The notes: generated from the sequence alone by a model not told the origin. Counted from the stretch's first letter, positions 13,147-25,964 are shown. The stretch is 64,000 nt of DNA from Octopus sinensis (GCF_006345805.1 NC_043006.1:49538001-49602000); one strand, 5' to 3'. Program-made: numbers and translations.

Positions 13147-13154
13147 TATATAAA
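13147..13154 (+). promoter_or_regulatory. TATA box of P1
   Basis: TATATAAA about 30-36 nt upstream of an Inr-like CAAT/CAGT; conserved at 30247-30254. Confidence 0.6.
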
Positions 13155-13177
13155 TACAGGTGTATAGTTTGTGTTGC

Positions 13178-13254
13178 AATACAGTACTTCGTTTGGTGAA
13201 GACCATATCGCAGCACCTTTAGCGCTTCGTTGTACGCTTTCAGTGAATTGACAG
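13178..13254 (+). other. Predicted non-coding exon 1 of P1
   Basis: Lies between the TATA box and the donor CAG|GTACGT (13254/13255); strongly conserved in copy 2. The start position is approximate. Confidence 0.6.
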
Positions 13255-13912
13255 GTACGTTTTATTTAATACAACTAATGTGTTTCAGTATCTTGACTTC
13301 CTACATTAATAGGTGGTGGTCGGTTTTGTCGTGAAAGTTAGACAAAATAGTTGAGGTGTTTTAGTTAATTTCATTACAAACATTGTTCCTATTTCGAAGT
13401 GGAGTAAATTTCATCAATCTTTCAAAGATCGATGAAATAAATATGAATAAGAGTCTCACATATGCGCACGCACGAACACACACACACACACACACATGCA
13501 CACTCAAACGCGCACCACTTGCACGTGCACACACAGAATGTTGTTCACAGTGACTTCGAAGTTTCGACCAGCTAACCCAAAATCTAGCTGCGATGCATTT
13601 GAGTGAATCTTGCCTTCATATAGTCTCTGTTGCATTGAAATTATCTTTGGGTGTTTGGCTTTGTGTGAGGTGATTATTAGGTTCATACAGTCTGTTGATA
13701 TGGAAAGGTGTTTTGGGAAAATATTTTTATTGATGAAATTTGGGGTTTTGTTATTACTTAGAACTTATTCAGGCATGTTGACCTTTATACATTTGACTTT
13801 TGTATTGCCAAAGCAAAAGGAATAAATCCAACAATACCAAAAGCAACAAAAGTACTGCCATACCTTGTGCCTACCTGACAAAAGAGAAACACCTATAAGA
13901 AGTCTACAATAA

Positions 13913-14313
13913 GGCGCAGGAGTGGTTGTGTGGTAAGTAGCTTGCTTACTAACCACATGGTTCCGGATTCATTCCCACTACGTGGCACCTTGGGAACGTG
14001 TCTTCTACTATAGCCTCGTGCCGACCAAAGCCTTGGGAGTGGATTTGGTAGACGGAAACTGAAAGAAGCTCGTCGTATATATGTATATGTATATATATGT
14101 ATCTGTGTATTTATGTATTTGTGTTTGTACCCCCAACATCGTTTGACAACCGATGCTAAGTTACGTCCCCGTAACTTAGCGGTTCGGCAAAAGAGACCGA
14201 TAGAATAAGTACTAGGCGTCCAAAGAATAAGTCCTGGAGTCGATTTGCGTGACTAAAGGTGGTGCTCCAGCATGGCCACAGTCAAATGACTGAAACAAGT
14301 AAAAGAGTAAAAG
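13913..14313 (+). mobile_element. Full-length tRNA-derived SINE (GGCGCAGGAGTGG type) in P1 intron 1
   Basis: tRNA-like head, central (TA/TG)n, tail GGTGCTCCAGCATGGCCACAGTC..GAAACAAGTAAAAGAG; absent at the homologous site in copy 2. Confidence 0.85.
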
Positions 14314-14735
14314 TAATAAAAACATACGTTCACTACAGTTGAAGAAGCATCGGGTTAGCAGAATCGTAAGCACGCCAGACAGAATTCTAGGCTGTATTTT
14401 TTTCTGGCATCACGTACTGAGTTCAAATTCCGCTGAGGTTGACTTTGTCTTTTACTCATTCGGGGTTGATAAAATGTTCAGCACAGGGATCGATGTAATC
14501 AAGTTCACCTCTATCGGACTTTCAGATCTTATGCCTATAATAGAAATAATTATTACAGCTGGAGCAACTATATGATCATAGGTTAGCACTACCAAGCCTG
14601 GTTTGAGAATATCTGCTATAACAACAACAACATTAAACTTAAACTAATAATTGGACTTTTTTTCTTCTTTATTATTTTGAAGTAGTGAGAAAATATTTAC
14701 ACTGATCGTTCTTATTTTTCTATAGATAACCAATA

Positions 14736-14787
14736 ATGAAGACCACTATCTCTCTTTTGTTTGCTATGCTTTGCCTGTTTGCAGTCG
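14736..14787 (+). CDS. P1 coding exon 1: signal peptide MKTTISLLFAMLCLFAV plus 1 nt (phase 1)
   Basis: Acceptor TTTTTCTATAG| at 14725, ATG 10 nt later, hydrophobic core, donor G|GTGAGT at 14787; nearly identical to 33795-33846. Confidence 0.8.
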
Positions 14788-14979
14788 GTGAGTATGAATA
14801 CACACCATTTAGCTTTATATAATGCAGTATTGGATATTAATACGTGGGAATAATTGTTTCGTCATGCATAATTTATACTTCCAAACAACAATGTATACAT
14901 ATACATACATACGTACATACATATAAACATACATACATAGGCAGACATACATCCACGCACACATAGATATGTGTATGTG

Positions 14980-15018
<39 letters not shown>

Positions 15019-15096
15019 TAAAATTATATAATGTATGTATAATGTATATATATAAATCTCACTGTCTCTTTCTCACTCTCTCTCTTTATATATCTG

Positions 15097-15169
<73 letters not shown>

Positions 15170-16160
15170 GTATCTATCTATCTATCTATCTATCTTAGCC
15201 ATCGGTTAGCTATGCTAGGAGACACTTGACCAAGATAGTGTGCACTAGGATTGAACCCAAAATCACGCTAATGTAAAAATTACCATGCTCACATACTCAA
15301 TGTATGTGTTTGGCTCTCTCGCCGGTTCATTGTCGAACAGCACTTTGGAGACGACTTCCTCAAAACACTGGATGTTAAAACACCTGAATGTCATAAACAA
15401 GCTAGACAACTACCTTCCAATTCCATTTATGAGTGATGGATATTTCGCCATTTTTCTGGCGAAATGTCGAATCACCAGTCTATGACTATATACAAATAGT
15501 GTAATAACCATTTCCTGGTATGCCATGATAATGCTTACTTAAGATTAAATTCAATTACGAATGTGTATTATTAGTTCTGAATTTTGGCTCAAGGCGTCAA
15601 ACACCACCGCTCTCAATGAATATTAACATTTATATAAATGTCATATGGAGGTGATCTGGGAAAATCTTTAGCCTGTCGGTCACAAAGCTTAGCGGTATTA
15701 TTTCCGTCTCTACGTTCTGTACAGTAATTCCGTCGAGATCCACTTTGCCTTTCATCCTTTCGGAGTCGATAAAACAGTACCACTTGAACACTGGGTGTCA
15801 ATGCAATCGTTTTACCTCTTACCCCTGAAATTGCTGGCCTTGTGCCAATAGTTGGAATCATTATGAATATAAATTAAAGGGGGTGAGCTGGCAGAATCGT
15901 TAGCATGTCGGGTTCAATGCTTAGTTACACTACATCAGTACTTATGTTCTGAGTTCAAATTTCGCCGATGTCAATTTGCCTTTCATTAGTTCGGGGTCGA
16001 TAAAATAAATAACAGTCGAGCAATTGAGTTGATCTAACCGACTTATTCTTCCTCCGGAATTTCTACCTTTGTGTTAAAAAAAAACTGTAATCATTATTTA
16101 TAGATATGTATATTAATGTGTTTTTTTTTTAGTTTATCCTTTCAACATTTCATATTTCAG

Positions 16161-16345
16161 CTTATAATTGCCCTGCCGCTGCAAAGGTACCTGCAGCAGT
16201 TGCTGAGGCACCTGCCGCTGTAGATGTCGCCGCACCAGAAGTTGCCGCCGCAAATGCACACCTGGCAGCTGATGCCGCACACGTAGCCCCCGCAAATGAG
16301 GCAGCCCTTGCTGATGTTGTTGCAGCTGCCCCACACCGGCGATAA
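16161..16345 (+). CDS. P1 coding exon 2: Ala-rich mature peptide (A)YNCPAAAKVPAAVAEAPAAVDVAAPEVAAANAHLAADAAHVAPANEAALADVVAAAPHRR*; precursor 78 aa
   Basis: Acceptor TTTCATATTTCAG| at 16160; the phase-1 join gives an A-V-A|Y signal-peptidase site; GC-rich exon in an AT-rich background; Arg-TAA end aligns with P2. Confidence 0.75.
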
Positions 16346-17224
16346 AATAAAAGAATGGCCGAATTCTAATGCAAGCGATCAAGTAGCATACTTCCTTGGG
16401 CCATCATTTTTCGCCAGCTACGAAATCATCGCAAACGTAGTCCCCCATCATGAAAACGATAAAGAAATAAGTAGACAAACAACACCCACTTCCACATACT
16501 GCTGTTTAATAAATCAATAAGTGTAACTACAATAACAATATTCAATTAGTAATTGAGTTTGATGGAATATTCTGGAAGTGGAACCAACTATATTTCAATA
16601 ACGTCAGTGATGTTTAAGTATTAATTCCAAGACATTTGTAAAGAGTAAATTTTATTGAAATAAACATAAATTATTTTATCATATCTTTCTTTTGTCTTCT
16701 TTATTGCTCTCTAAACAAATTTATCACAAAATAAAAAAAATTCATAAAGATTTATTTATTTCAGTCATTGGACTGCATTTATACTGGGGTGCCACCTAGA
16801 AATGTCTTAGTCAAACAAGTCTATCGCAGTACTTTCTTTATAATCCTGTTACTTATTCTATCGGCGTCTTTTGCCAAATTGCAAAGTTATGGGGACATAA
16901 ACAAACCGACACCGGTTGTTGACGAGAAACATGAAAAAATGCACGCACACGCGCACACACGTACATAATATAATATATGATATAATATATACATTTAGTA
17001 CGGGCTTCATTCAGTTTCCCTCAACCAAATTCACTCTCCAGACTTTGGTTAACCTGGGGCTGCAGAAGAACACATTTGACCAAAGTGTCACGCGTTGGGA
17101 TAAAGTCCTAAATCATGTTGTAGGGAAGCAATGTTCTTACCACACAGCTAGGCTTCCCCCCATTTTGTATATCTGTAAAAAATGAAATGAAATTGGTATC
17201 TAATTCACTTAGTATCATAAAAAC

Positions 17225-17820
17225 TATCTCAACCTTGCAGCAAAGAAGAGACGAATGGCATTAGCAGCCACAGTGGACGACACAACTGTGGTAGTGTTGA
17301 ACTCTACGGTAAATGAGGTGATCGGTGCCAAGTTAAAGGAATACGAAGTGTGAAGGCAAGCATTAACGACAGCGAGCGGTTGGTTTCATAAGTTGCAGTT
17401 TGGAGCAGCGAGTTCATTTTGGTCAACATTGAGGGTCATGAATCTATAGTCCAGTTGAAGTGCCTGGGTTTTGTTGAAGCTAAACCACTAGATTGCTAAG
17501 AAATAAGGCATGAGAAGAGTGGCTTAACCAAATAAGAGTTGAGAGAAAGAGGAAGTTATGTTTGAAATATCAGGTACAGGTGGTCACCCTTTGTCAGACA
17601 TATCTTGGCAGAGCACATTTTTTTCGATGGGGTTGCCGTCCTAGCTCAAGTGACAACCAGGATTGAGCACCTGGTATCTAAAATGGTGGTAGCTGCTCAC
17701 AGTTCTGTGCAAGTGTGAAAATGCAGTCAGTGTACATTAACAGGTCTTGCGGCTTTGCACGGCTTTGAGACTCTTGCAGTCCAATGAAATCCTATTATAT
17801 GCACTCAGGCGAGTTGTTAA
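17225..17820 (-). mobile_element. Possible highly decayed Tx1-like LINE fragment
   Basis: Weak resemblance of the minus-strand translation (SILVVT*AR) to the SRVVTLAR region of the 56-58 kb element; many stops. Confidence 0.3.
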
Positions 17821-17953
17821 TCTGATACTTGTGTACACATTGCCCAAGCATATACATATATACATACATACGTACACGCACATACACATACATACATAAA
17901 TACATACATGTCTGTCTATCTGTCTGTCTATCTATCTATCTGTCCCTTTCCCC

Positions 17954-18003
<50 letters not shown>

Positions 18004-19315
18004 ATTTATATATATATATATATAGACATGTACAGATTGATATATGTTGATATTCACACACACGCACGCGCGCGCACACACACACACTCACACACATGAA
18101 CGCACACGCACACACACAAACTCACACACATAGATAAACATATAAATCTCGCTCTCTCACTATCCCTCTCTCTCTACATATCGATCTAAACAACAATTGG
18201 TTAGCGAAAGTAGACACATGACCAAGACACTGCGCACTGGGATTGAACCAGAAACTACATGGCTCCAAAATGTGCTTCTTAATCATACAGGCATGCATGT
18301 AGCTGTGCTAGAGTATATATATATATAAATAATTGTTAAAGATGACAACAAACAACGCAAGGAAAACATCTCAAGTCATATACATTATGCGGGTCATAGT
18401 GCTAGCTTGGTATAAATTTGTTAAATTAAAAATTTGGGATAATAAAACATACAATGACATATTAAAAAGACGAATTAAAATTCCAGAGAAAAATACATGG
18501 AAGATAAATATACAAATTTACAAAAATACATAAAATATGCACCAATTAATATGAAACAAATCATATATTTAAAATTGACACCTCCCTCGACAGGATGTTT
18601 TTTACACACAACACATAGTACACGGAAATAAATGCACAATTACATACCTGCTACATGCGAAAGACCAGACATTACGTACTCCCCAAAATTCTCATAGATA
18701 CTGAATGCTACTTTATAAGCATATAATTCAATCTAGCAGCTATAGTAAATGGTATGTGCACAGCTTCATCTGGACTAATTCACTCCTGCACTCAATTAAA
18801 TCTTTCATCTTTTAATTTCTCCCATTCATGCAAAGCCACATATTCGAGTTCAAGTCCTTGATACATTTTATACTAATTGCTATTTTTTCGTTTAATTGTT
18901 ATATTACGATTTAATTACCATACTTTAGTTTTATTTTAATTACTACTTACTATATTTACTATATTTAATTCAATTGTTATTATTACCTCTAACTTTTATT
19001 GCAATTTTTATTTCTAAATGTCTTATGGAACGTCGAGTCGATCTTATGCGTACAATATATTTTTATATGATGTTTATATATTTATATATTACTATATATT
19101 TCTAAACGTCAGGCTGTATGTCTGTTCTGTAGATATAAATGAATATATGAATATATGTATGTGTTTGATCTTTCTGTGAATTTTGTAGGGCTCTTGTAGT
19201 TGCTGCTCGCATTGCTTCCCTCGGATTAAAAAGTGTATACAGCTCGTTTGAGCACTACTATTCCAGTCTGTTATATATTTTGAGCGTTGCTGTCACTAAC
19301 GATCTCAAGATATAA

Positions 19316-19469
19316 CTAGGCAAGAAGTTAGACGTTTTTTTGCCCATGAAACTCCCTGGACCTTAAGTAAGGTATGTGTAAAATTTGAATGAAATTGGTT
19401 ATGTAGTTCTCAAGTTTTAGGGAAACACACAGACAGACAGACACACATTCTCAGTTTTATATATATAGA
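19316..19469 (-). mobile_element. Short Helitron/DINE-1-like element
   Basis: Minus strand starts TCTATATATATAAAACTGAGAATG, then (TGTC)n, and ends CTAG|T; no clear 3' hairpin. Confidence 0.5.
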
Positions 19470-20949
19470 TACTTTTGATGAATGTATTCTCTGGCCAGAC
19501 ATTAATACTTTTACTATTTCAGTCATGTTATTTTGTATTTCAAATTTGCATCTAACATCCGAACGTAATTCTGTGCGCCTTGGAAATTTGCAATAGGTTG
19601 TTTTGTTTTGTGTTTTCAATCATATTGAAAGTGCTCTACATCTTATCTGTACTGCACATACAAGTGCTATTTTCTGCCAGCTGTGTATATGCATACGTGT
19701 ATATGTCGCGGAGCATTGGTAAGTATTCGTTGGACACTCCTATTTCCATAAACATCTCCATATACATCTCCAAAAGTATTAGAAAAATGTTAGTCCCCAA
19801 AGACAGCTATCATCTTTTGGGACAGACATTTCCATTAGAAAGCATTTTTTGCTGATCATCTATAACAATGATATCCAGTTCATCATATTTGATTTCTAAG
19901 TGTGTTTGTGTGAGTGTGGGGTGGTGGTGGTGGTGAGTGAGCGATTGTCTGCCTGTATGTAGATTAGCATAGACTATGGTGTGGTTGCTTCGTCATTCTC
20001 TAAGTCCTTTTCTGCTGTATCTTTTAGTATCATCACTTTTCTATCGGTTATATCATAATGCTGCATGTTTCAATGTTCGTGTTCAGAATTTTTATATATA
20101 TTACTAATTTCTTGTTTTCTGTTTCACTTTTTGGTTTTAAAGGAACTATGTTCCCAAATGCTTGGCTTAACTTTTATTTTCTTACATATTTAGTTGTTTT
20201 TCTCTCTCGTCATCACTCTTGTGCCCGACAGCCTCATTGTTATATATTTTGGTTTTACTGAAGACAGTTTATTTTTAATTTCAGTTATGTCTGATTGTTT
20301 GCTTTCCACTGTTATTTACTAGCTATTTTTGAAGTCTTGAAGTAAATATTTTATTATAATACAAAAGTAATATTTTATAATGTAGTCCTAAAGATAATTT
20401 TAGTTGCAGAAGACCCCTACATTGCATTTATGGCAAATATATTCTTCCAGTCCGATTTAAAAAAAGTTACTCTAAATGCAGTATTACTTATACGCCCTCG
20501 TTCCTAGTGGATAGCTATTACGGAGGCGATAATAATTTTTTTTCAATGTTCTGTGTTTGAAATTAAGGAATTAGGAGAAAAATGCATAGATCACACGCAG
20601 TGAGTTTTTGCATTTTACCTTGTTCGTAGTGTTGTTAATCTAATGCATCGTCATATAACCTATTCTTTAATGGTTTCATACATCTGTGTACGTTATATTT
20701 TGGCTAGTTTATTAGTTCTTAAGTATTTGTACATTTGTGTTTGCTCTAATTACATTATCTTTGTTTCATTTTCTAACTGAAATTAATGTACTTAATTAAT
20801 TTGCTTGATCAGGCCTTGTGCAACTCAACAACAAATAGATCAACACCGTTTTCGAAGGAAGCTCTAGTTAAGTCATTTAAAACATGCTATAGAATTGCTT
20901 TGCCAAAAATTTCTGTTGTTATTATATTTACTTTTGTAGATAACCAACA

Positions 20950-20998
20950 ATGAATCTGGCAATAACTCTGTTGGATTTTCTTTGTGTTATTGCAATTA
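20950..20998 (+). CDS. P3: diverged paralogous signal-peptide exon MNLAITLLDFLCVIAI plus 1 nt (possibly a pseudogene)
   Basis: Acceptor CTTTTGTAG| at 20939, then ATAACCAACA-ATG (P1/P2 have ATAACCAATA-ATG); phase-1 donor-like A|GCAAGT; downstream exon not identified. Confidence 0.5.
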
Positions 20999-21389
20999 GC
21001 AAGTTTTATGCCCTTAAATCTAACAACAGATACATGTTGAGGCTATTTGTATTGGGAAAGAAATCGCAGAGCAATTTTAGTTACCCTGAAATAGCTCCTA
21101 AATACAACTGTAGAGTTAATTTCCTTTGAAATGTCGAGGATGAGAGCTATAGTTCATATAAGACCTTTCTGTTTTTCCGTAGGGATAGTAACCCTAATGC
21201 ACTTTGCCACATATATATACACGAATAATAAAAGCATATATACGCACGCACACATATACAAACACGTACACACACACGCACCAGTATATGCGATTCAAGA
21301 CATACCTACACTTGTACGTCCACACACAAATGCAAGAATGTATTTTTCGCAGAGTTCTTGAAGCATGTCTAGTAATTAAGTGTCGCCTT

Positions 21390-21457
21390 AGTCTGCTGGC
21401 TGTGGACAGATGACACTTTCCATCAGACCCAGCAAAATAAGTTGTGAGTTTTCATCA

Positions 21458-21493
<36 letters not shown>

Positions 21494-21595
21494 CTTACAA
21501 GTAATGGTATGAGCCAATCTAATAACATCAACATCAAACGAGGCATCTTTCAAGATGACTTCCTCTCCCCATTACTCTTTTGCATGGCACTGCAT
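21390..21595 (+). mobile_element. R4/Dong-like non-LTR fragments: 3' tail with (AAT)n, then an RT piece
   Basis: IKRGIFQDDFLSPLLFCMAL resembles the RGIFQGDSLSPLLF RT motif; the tail matches 61730-61772. Confidence 0.6.
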
Positions 21596-22257
21596 GGCAC
21601 GAATAGCTAGTAGGGATGTTAACAACCGTTAAAGGGTTCATCAATGCTTATTGATCGCTACAATTGTTTCAACCCATATAGCATCAATCCCTCTCGGTTG
21701 GAATACTTAACAACTGGTTTAGGGGTATCCGGCGGCATAAATGTGTCTCTTCAGGTGATTACAAGATGTATCGCATTAAAATAAACTCCAACTAGCTATT
21801 TAATTCGTTGTGTGAGCGAATGTGCGTTAAATCACGCGTGTGCGTAAGATTATATGTTCGTGGATGCTTGTACGAGCGAGTGTCCGTGCACCATACAACC
21901 TAACCGAGGGCGTTTATACATCCGTATCTCTTAATGGCTATATTCAATACATTTTAGCTGTACTGTGTATTCGTTTCTTTTTGCATCTGTTATTTATTAT
22001 TGATCTTCTATAGAAATTAAGCTGTATCTATTAATTTGCTGCTTTTCTACACACAAGCCAAGGCGATATCTTGCGGAACAGTCGTTATTTTAAATGAGGT
22101 ACTCGTTGTAATCACTTGAAGCGACATATTTAAAACAATTGTAGTGATTAATAACCAATCGTATCTTCCATCTTCCGTCTATCTCATTAATCAAATACCC
22201 AACGAATACTATGAAAGTGAACGTGCTTTACCGGTATAGAGGTGGCTGTGTGGTAAG

Positions 22258-22436
22258 AAGCTTACTTCCCAACCACATGGTTCTGGGTTCAGTCCCACTG
22301 CGTGGCATATTGTGCAGGTGTCTTCTACTATAGTATCGGGTTGACCAAAGCCTATATATGAATATGTGTGTATTTGTGTCTGTATTTGACTAAAGGTGGT
22401 ATTCCAACATGGTCGCAGTCAACTGAGTGAGACACA
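22258..22436 (+). mobile_element. Internally deleted SINE (GGCGCAGG type)
   Basis: Head GGCTGTGTGGTAAG..GGTTCAGTCC and a degenerate tail. Confidence 0.7.
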
Positions 22437-22541
22437 TACACACACATATACATACATACATTTCAAAATGTAACCACATGTGAAGCGTTGGCAATTTTTT
22501 CCCTTCGTCTTCCTTTTCTATTGGACTTTCCTCTGTCTCCT

Positions 22542-22575
22542 GTTTCCAAGAAGAGCTTTGCTCGAAGCGTAAAAC
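22542..22575 (+). ncRNA. Degenerate hammerhead motif (mutated core)
   Basis: GTTT-CCAAGA-A-GAGC-TTT-GCTC-GAAG-CGTA-AAAC: stem II and stem I are intact, core positions are altered. Confidence 0.4.
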
Positions 22576-22713
22576 CTCCTTTCTTCCTTCCTTGAGCGTC
22601 TGCTAATACTTTACATGTACTACGTCCGCGCTTTGTTGTCTTTTTTGTGTTTGTTCTTCGTTTTTATATTTACTATAAAATAATATATATATATATATAT
22701 ATATAATATATAT

Positions 22714-22765
<52 letters not shown>

Positions 22766-23301
22766 GAAGGTTTGAAAATGCAATTTTAAACATTTTTATT
22801 CATTTGACCGGTTTCACTATTTTAGAAAAAATTGTTAAAAGTAAAATGTAAAGCTTTGTGTAAGATTTGTTGTGTTGAGTATGGTTATCACAAAAGTATT
22901 AAAATACAGTTATACATTCTTTGATAGTAATAAGAAAATGTTAAAAACAGTTTACAAGATTGTATTTAAGAAAGTATTCAACAAAAATTATTATGACATT
23001 TTCTATCTTGTGTGTAGCTAAGGAATGTTTGCTAGTTTAAGGGATAGTGTGGGAGGTTGGTTGGGAGAGGGGGAAGGAAGAGCAATGTGGAATCAAAAGG
23101 ATATTTTTGTTTCTGGGTTGTCTGTCATGGTTCAGTGGTATTTGGGACTGGTCTTAGCGATCAGAATGGTGTGAGTATGTGTTTCTCTGTGCACGTCTAT
23201 ATGTGTGTGTGTATATACATGTGCTTGTGTTTGTGTGTGTGGGACGTTTTTTGGTCCCAGAGTTTATATGGGTCAGTGTGTGTTTTATATTTGGTAGGAT
23301 G

Positions 23302-23343
<42 letters not shown>

Positions 23344-23398
23344 GTGAGTTTGAATAGGGTGATAATATATATATATATTATATATAATATAATATATA

Positions 23399-23447
<49 letters not shown>

Positions 23448-24357
23448 TAAACCTATATATAGCAGTTTAGCTAAGTGTAAATACAGGTAAGGGATATTAA
23501 ATATCCGAAGAATTTTCTGGTTTATATTACCTATATCAACAATGTTACTTCAATAGGTAAATAAAATAAAATAAACATACAGTTTATTAATATGCAAATA
23601 TAAAATAGAAATGGAAAAACAAAACAAAACAATAAATTGAACAATTATATATTCAATTCAATTTAAATATTGTATACAAACAAACGACATCTCTTAAATT
23701 ACAGCTGTTTCCGCTTCATTCATAAACGAAGTTTGTCAAGAGTAGTCGAATCCTTTTGAATGTATAATGCTGCTTCATTAGATTAACATACATTCTTAAC
23801 TGTTTGACGAAAAATATCAAATGAAAATATTTATAATTTCTAAATATTTACAAAGATGCTATATGAACGTGCTTAATCATAAATAAGTAAATAATCTAAC
23901 TGAAATATTGTAAATTCATAACTTTAAATCTCTAACTATTCTGTTCTATAGGTGGTTTATTGGCACAATACATACGTTTATGTATACACATATTTATATA
24001 TACTTATATATATACACACATACACACCTATCCTTTATGTATGCATACATACACACACCCGTACGTATACAGAGATGTATATACACATACACAAGTTTAG
24101 TTAATCATATATATATATATATATATTACGGAGATGTACTTGCATAGCAAGTGACCTGATCTGAAATTGTGTGCTGAAATTCCGTAGTGCACGGAATATT
24201 GTCAGTGATCAGGTCGCGGTCTCAAAGCAACTAAAATATTTCGGCAAATTAAATTTAAATGTTGAAGTGAATCTAACGGATTTTGAGTATTTCTTTAATG
24301 GCTTGTAAACAACTTCCACGCTGCAATTGTTTATATATATATATATATATATATATA

Positions 24358-24522
24358 GGCGCAGGAGTGGCTGTGTGGTAAGTAGCTTGCTTACCAACCA
24401 CATGGTTCCTGGTTCAGTCCCACTGCGTGGCATCTTGGGCAAGTGTCTTCTGCTATAGCCTCGGGCCGACCAATGCCTTGTGAGTGGATTTGGTAGACGG
24501 AAACTGAAAGAAGCCTGTCGTA

Positions 24523-24579
<57 letters not shown>

Positions 24580-24800
24580 GCGTGTATGTGTTTGTGTGTC
24601 AGTGTTTGTCCCCCTAGCATTGCTTGACAACCGATGCTGGTGAGTTTACGTCCCCGTCACTTAGCGGTTCGGCATAAGAGACCGATAGAATAAGTACTGG
24701 GCTTACAAAGAATAAGTCCCGGGGTCAATTTGCTCGACTAAAGGCGGTGCTCCAGCATGGCCGCAGTCAGATGACTGAAACAAGTAAAAGAGTAAAAGAG
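24358..24800 (+). mobile_element. Full-length tRNA-derived SINE (GGCGCAGGAGTGG type)
   Basis: Same architecture as 13913-14313. Confidence 0.88.
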
Positions 24801-25192
24801 TATATATATATATATATATATTACAATTTACATACATATACAATTCATACCCATATGTATCTATTTACGTTAGAACATTACTTTATATATATTACTTCAA
24901 AACTAAATATTTTAAATGTGGCTATTAGAATGCAAGGGATATACACATTTTTACCGTTTATATAAACAAACGAAAAACAAAATGAATTCGATACGGTCAA
25001 CGAAAAAAATCCCTTTAAATATATACATATAACAAAAGCAAAGTAACAAAGTACTACAATACAAAAGAAATGCCCCACATCCTAACAACGAGCCAAGACA
25101 ACAAATTAAATAAGATATATACGCTATATCTACATATATACTCCATTATTTCTTCACACACATACATACACACACAAACACACACACACACA

Positions 25193-25234
<42 letters not shown>

Positions 25235-25380
25235 ATATATTTACCTTTATTAATCGATACTTATAAAACAACACGAAAAACGAAATGGACTCTATTCGGG
25301 CATCGAATATTATATATGCATTAAAACCCAAACACTATCAATATATCTTTTGTTTTAGTTTCGATCCAGCCCTCACGCTT

Positions 25381-25411
<31 letters not shown>

Positions 25412-25440
25412 CACACACACACACCCACACATATATGTAC

Positions 25441-25963
25441 AGGCGCAGGCATTGCTGTGTGGTAAGCTTGCTCCCCAACCGCATGGTTCCAGGTTCATTA
25501 TCACTGCGTAAAAAATATTCGGCAAGTGTCTTCTGTTATGGCTCGACCGAATGCTTGTGAGAGGACTTGGGAGACCAAAATTGAAAGAAGGTCGTCGCAT
25601 ATATATATATATATATATATATGGAAGCACTCTGTCGGTTACGACGACGAGGGTTCCGGTTGATCCGAATCAACGGAACAGCCTGCTCGTGAAATTAACG
25701 TGTAAGTAGCTGAGCACTCCACAGACACGTGTACCCTTAACGTAGTTCTCGGGGATATTCAGCGTGACACAGAGAGTGACAAGGCCGGCCCTTTGAAATA
25801 CAGGTACAACAGAAACAGGAAGTAAGAGTGAGAGAAAGTTGTGGTGAAAGAGTACAGCAGGGATCACCACCATCCAAAACCTTCCATAGAAATAATTCAA
25901 ATCTAAAGGCGGTGCTCCAGCATGGCCGCGTCAGATGACTGAAACAGTAAAAGAGTAAAAGAG

Positions 25964-25964
<1 letters not shown>
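25441..25964 (+). mobile_element. SINE (GGCGCAGG type) interrupted by a second, minus-strand SINE at about 25623-25873
   Basis: Head at 25441-25600 and tail at 25906-25964; the insert matches 63170-63350. Confidence 0.7.

Larger units (their letters stand above)
12693..16803 (+). repeat. Segmental duplication, copy 1 (carries gene P1)
   Basis: Collinear similarity to 29832-35393 across the upstream region, exon 1, intron 1, signal exon, last exon and 3' UTR. Confidence 0.9.

Noticed and set aside
16163-16345. P1 as a type I antifreeze protein or an X-Ala/X-Pro dipeptide pro-region
   Set aside because: The similarity is compositional only. There is no Thr, hence no 11-residue Thr periodicity, and six Pro break the helix. 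Ala/Pro falls at 19 of 30 even versus 14 of 30 odd positions, which is not a clear dipeptide register.
16165-16350. Cys/Arg-rich shifted frame of the P1 exon with four in-frame TGA codons (selenoprotein or toxin idea)
   Set aside because: TGC and TGA arise automatically from NNT-GCN and GCT-GAN in the Ala frame. The frame needs a phase-2 join and has TAA as its second full codon in both paralogs. I saw no SECIS evidence.
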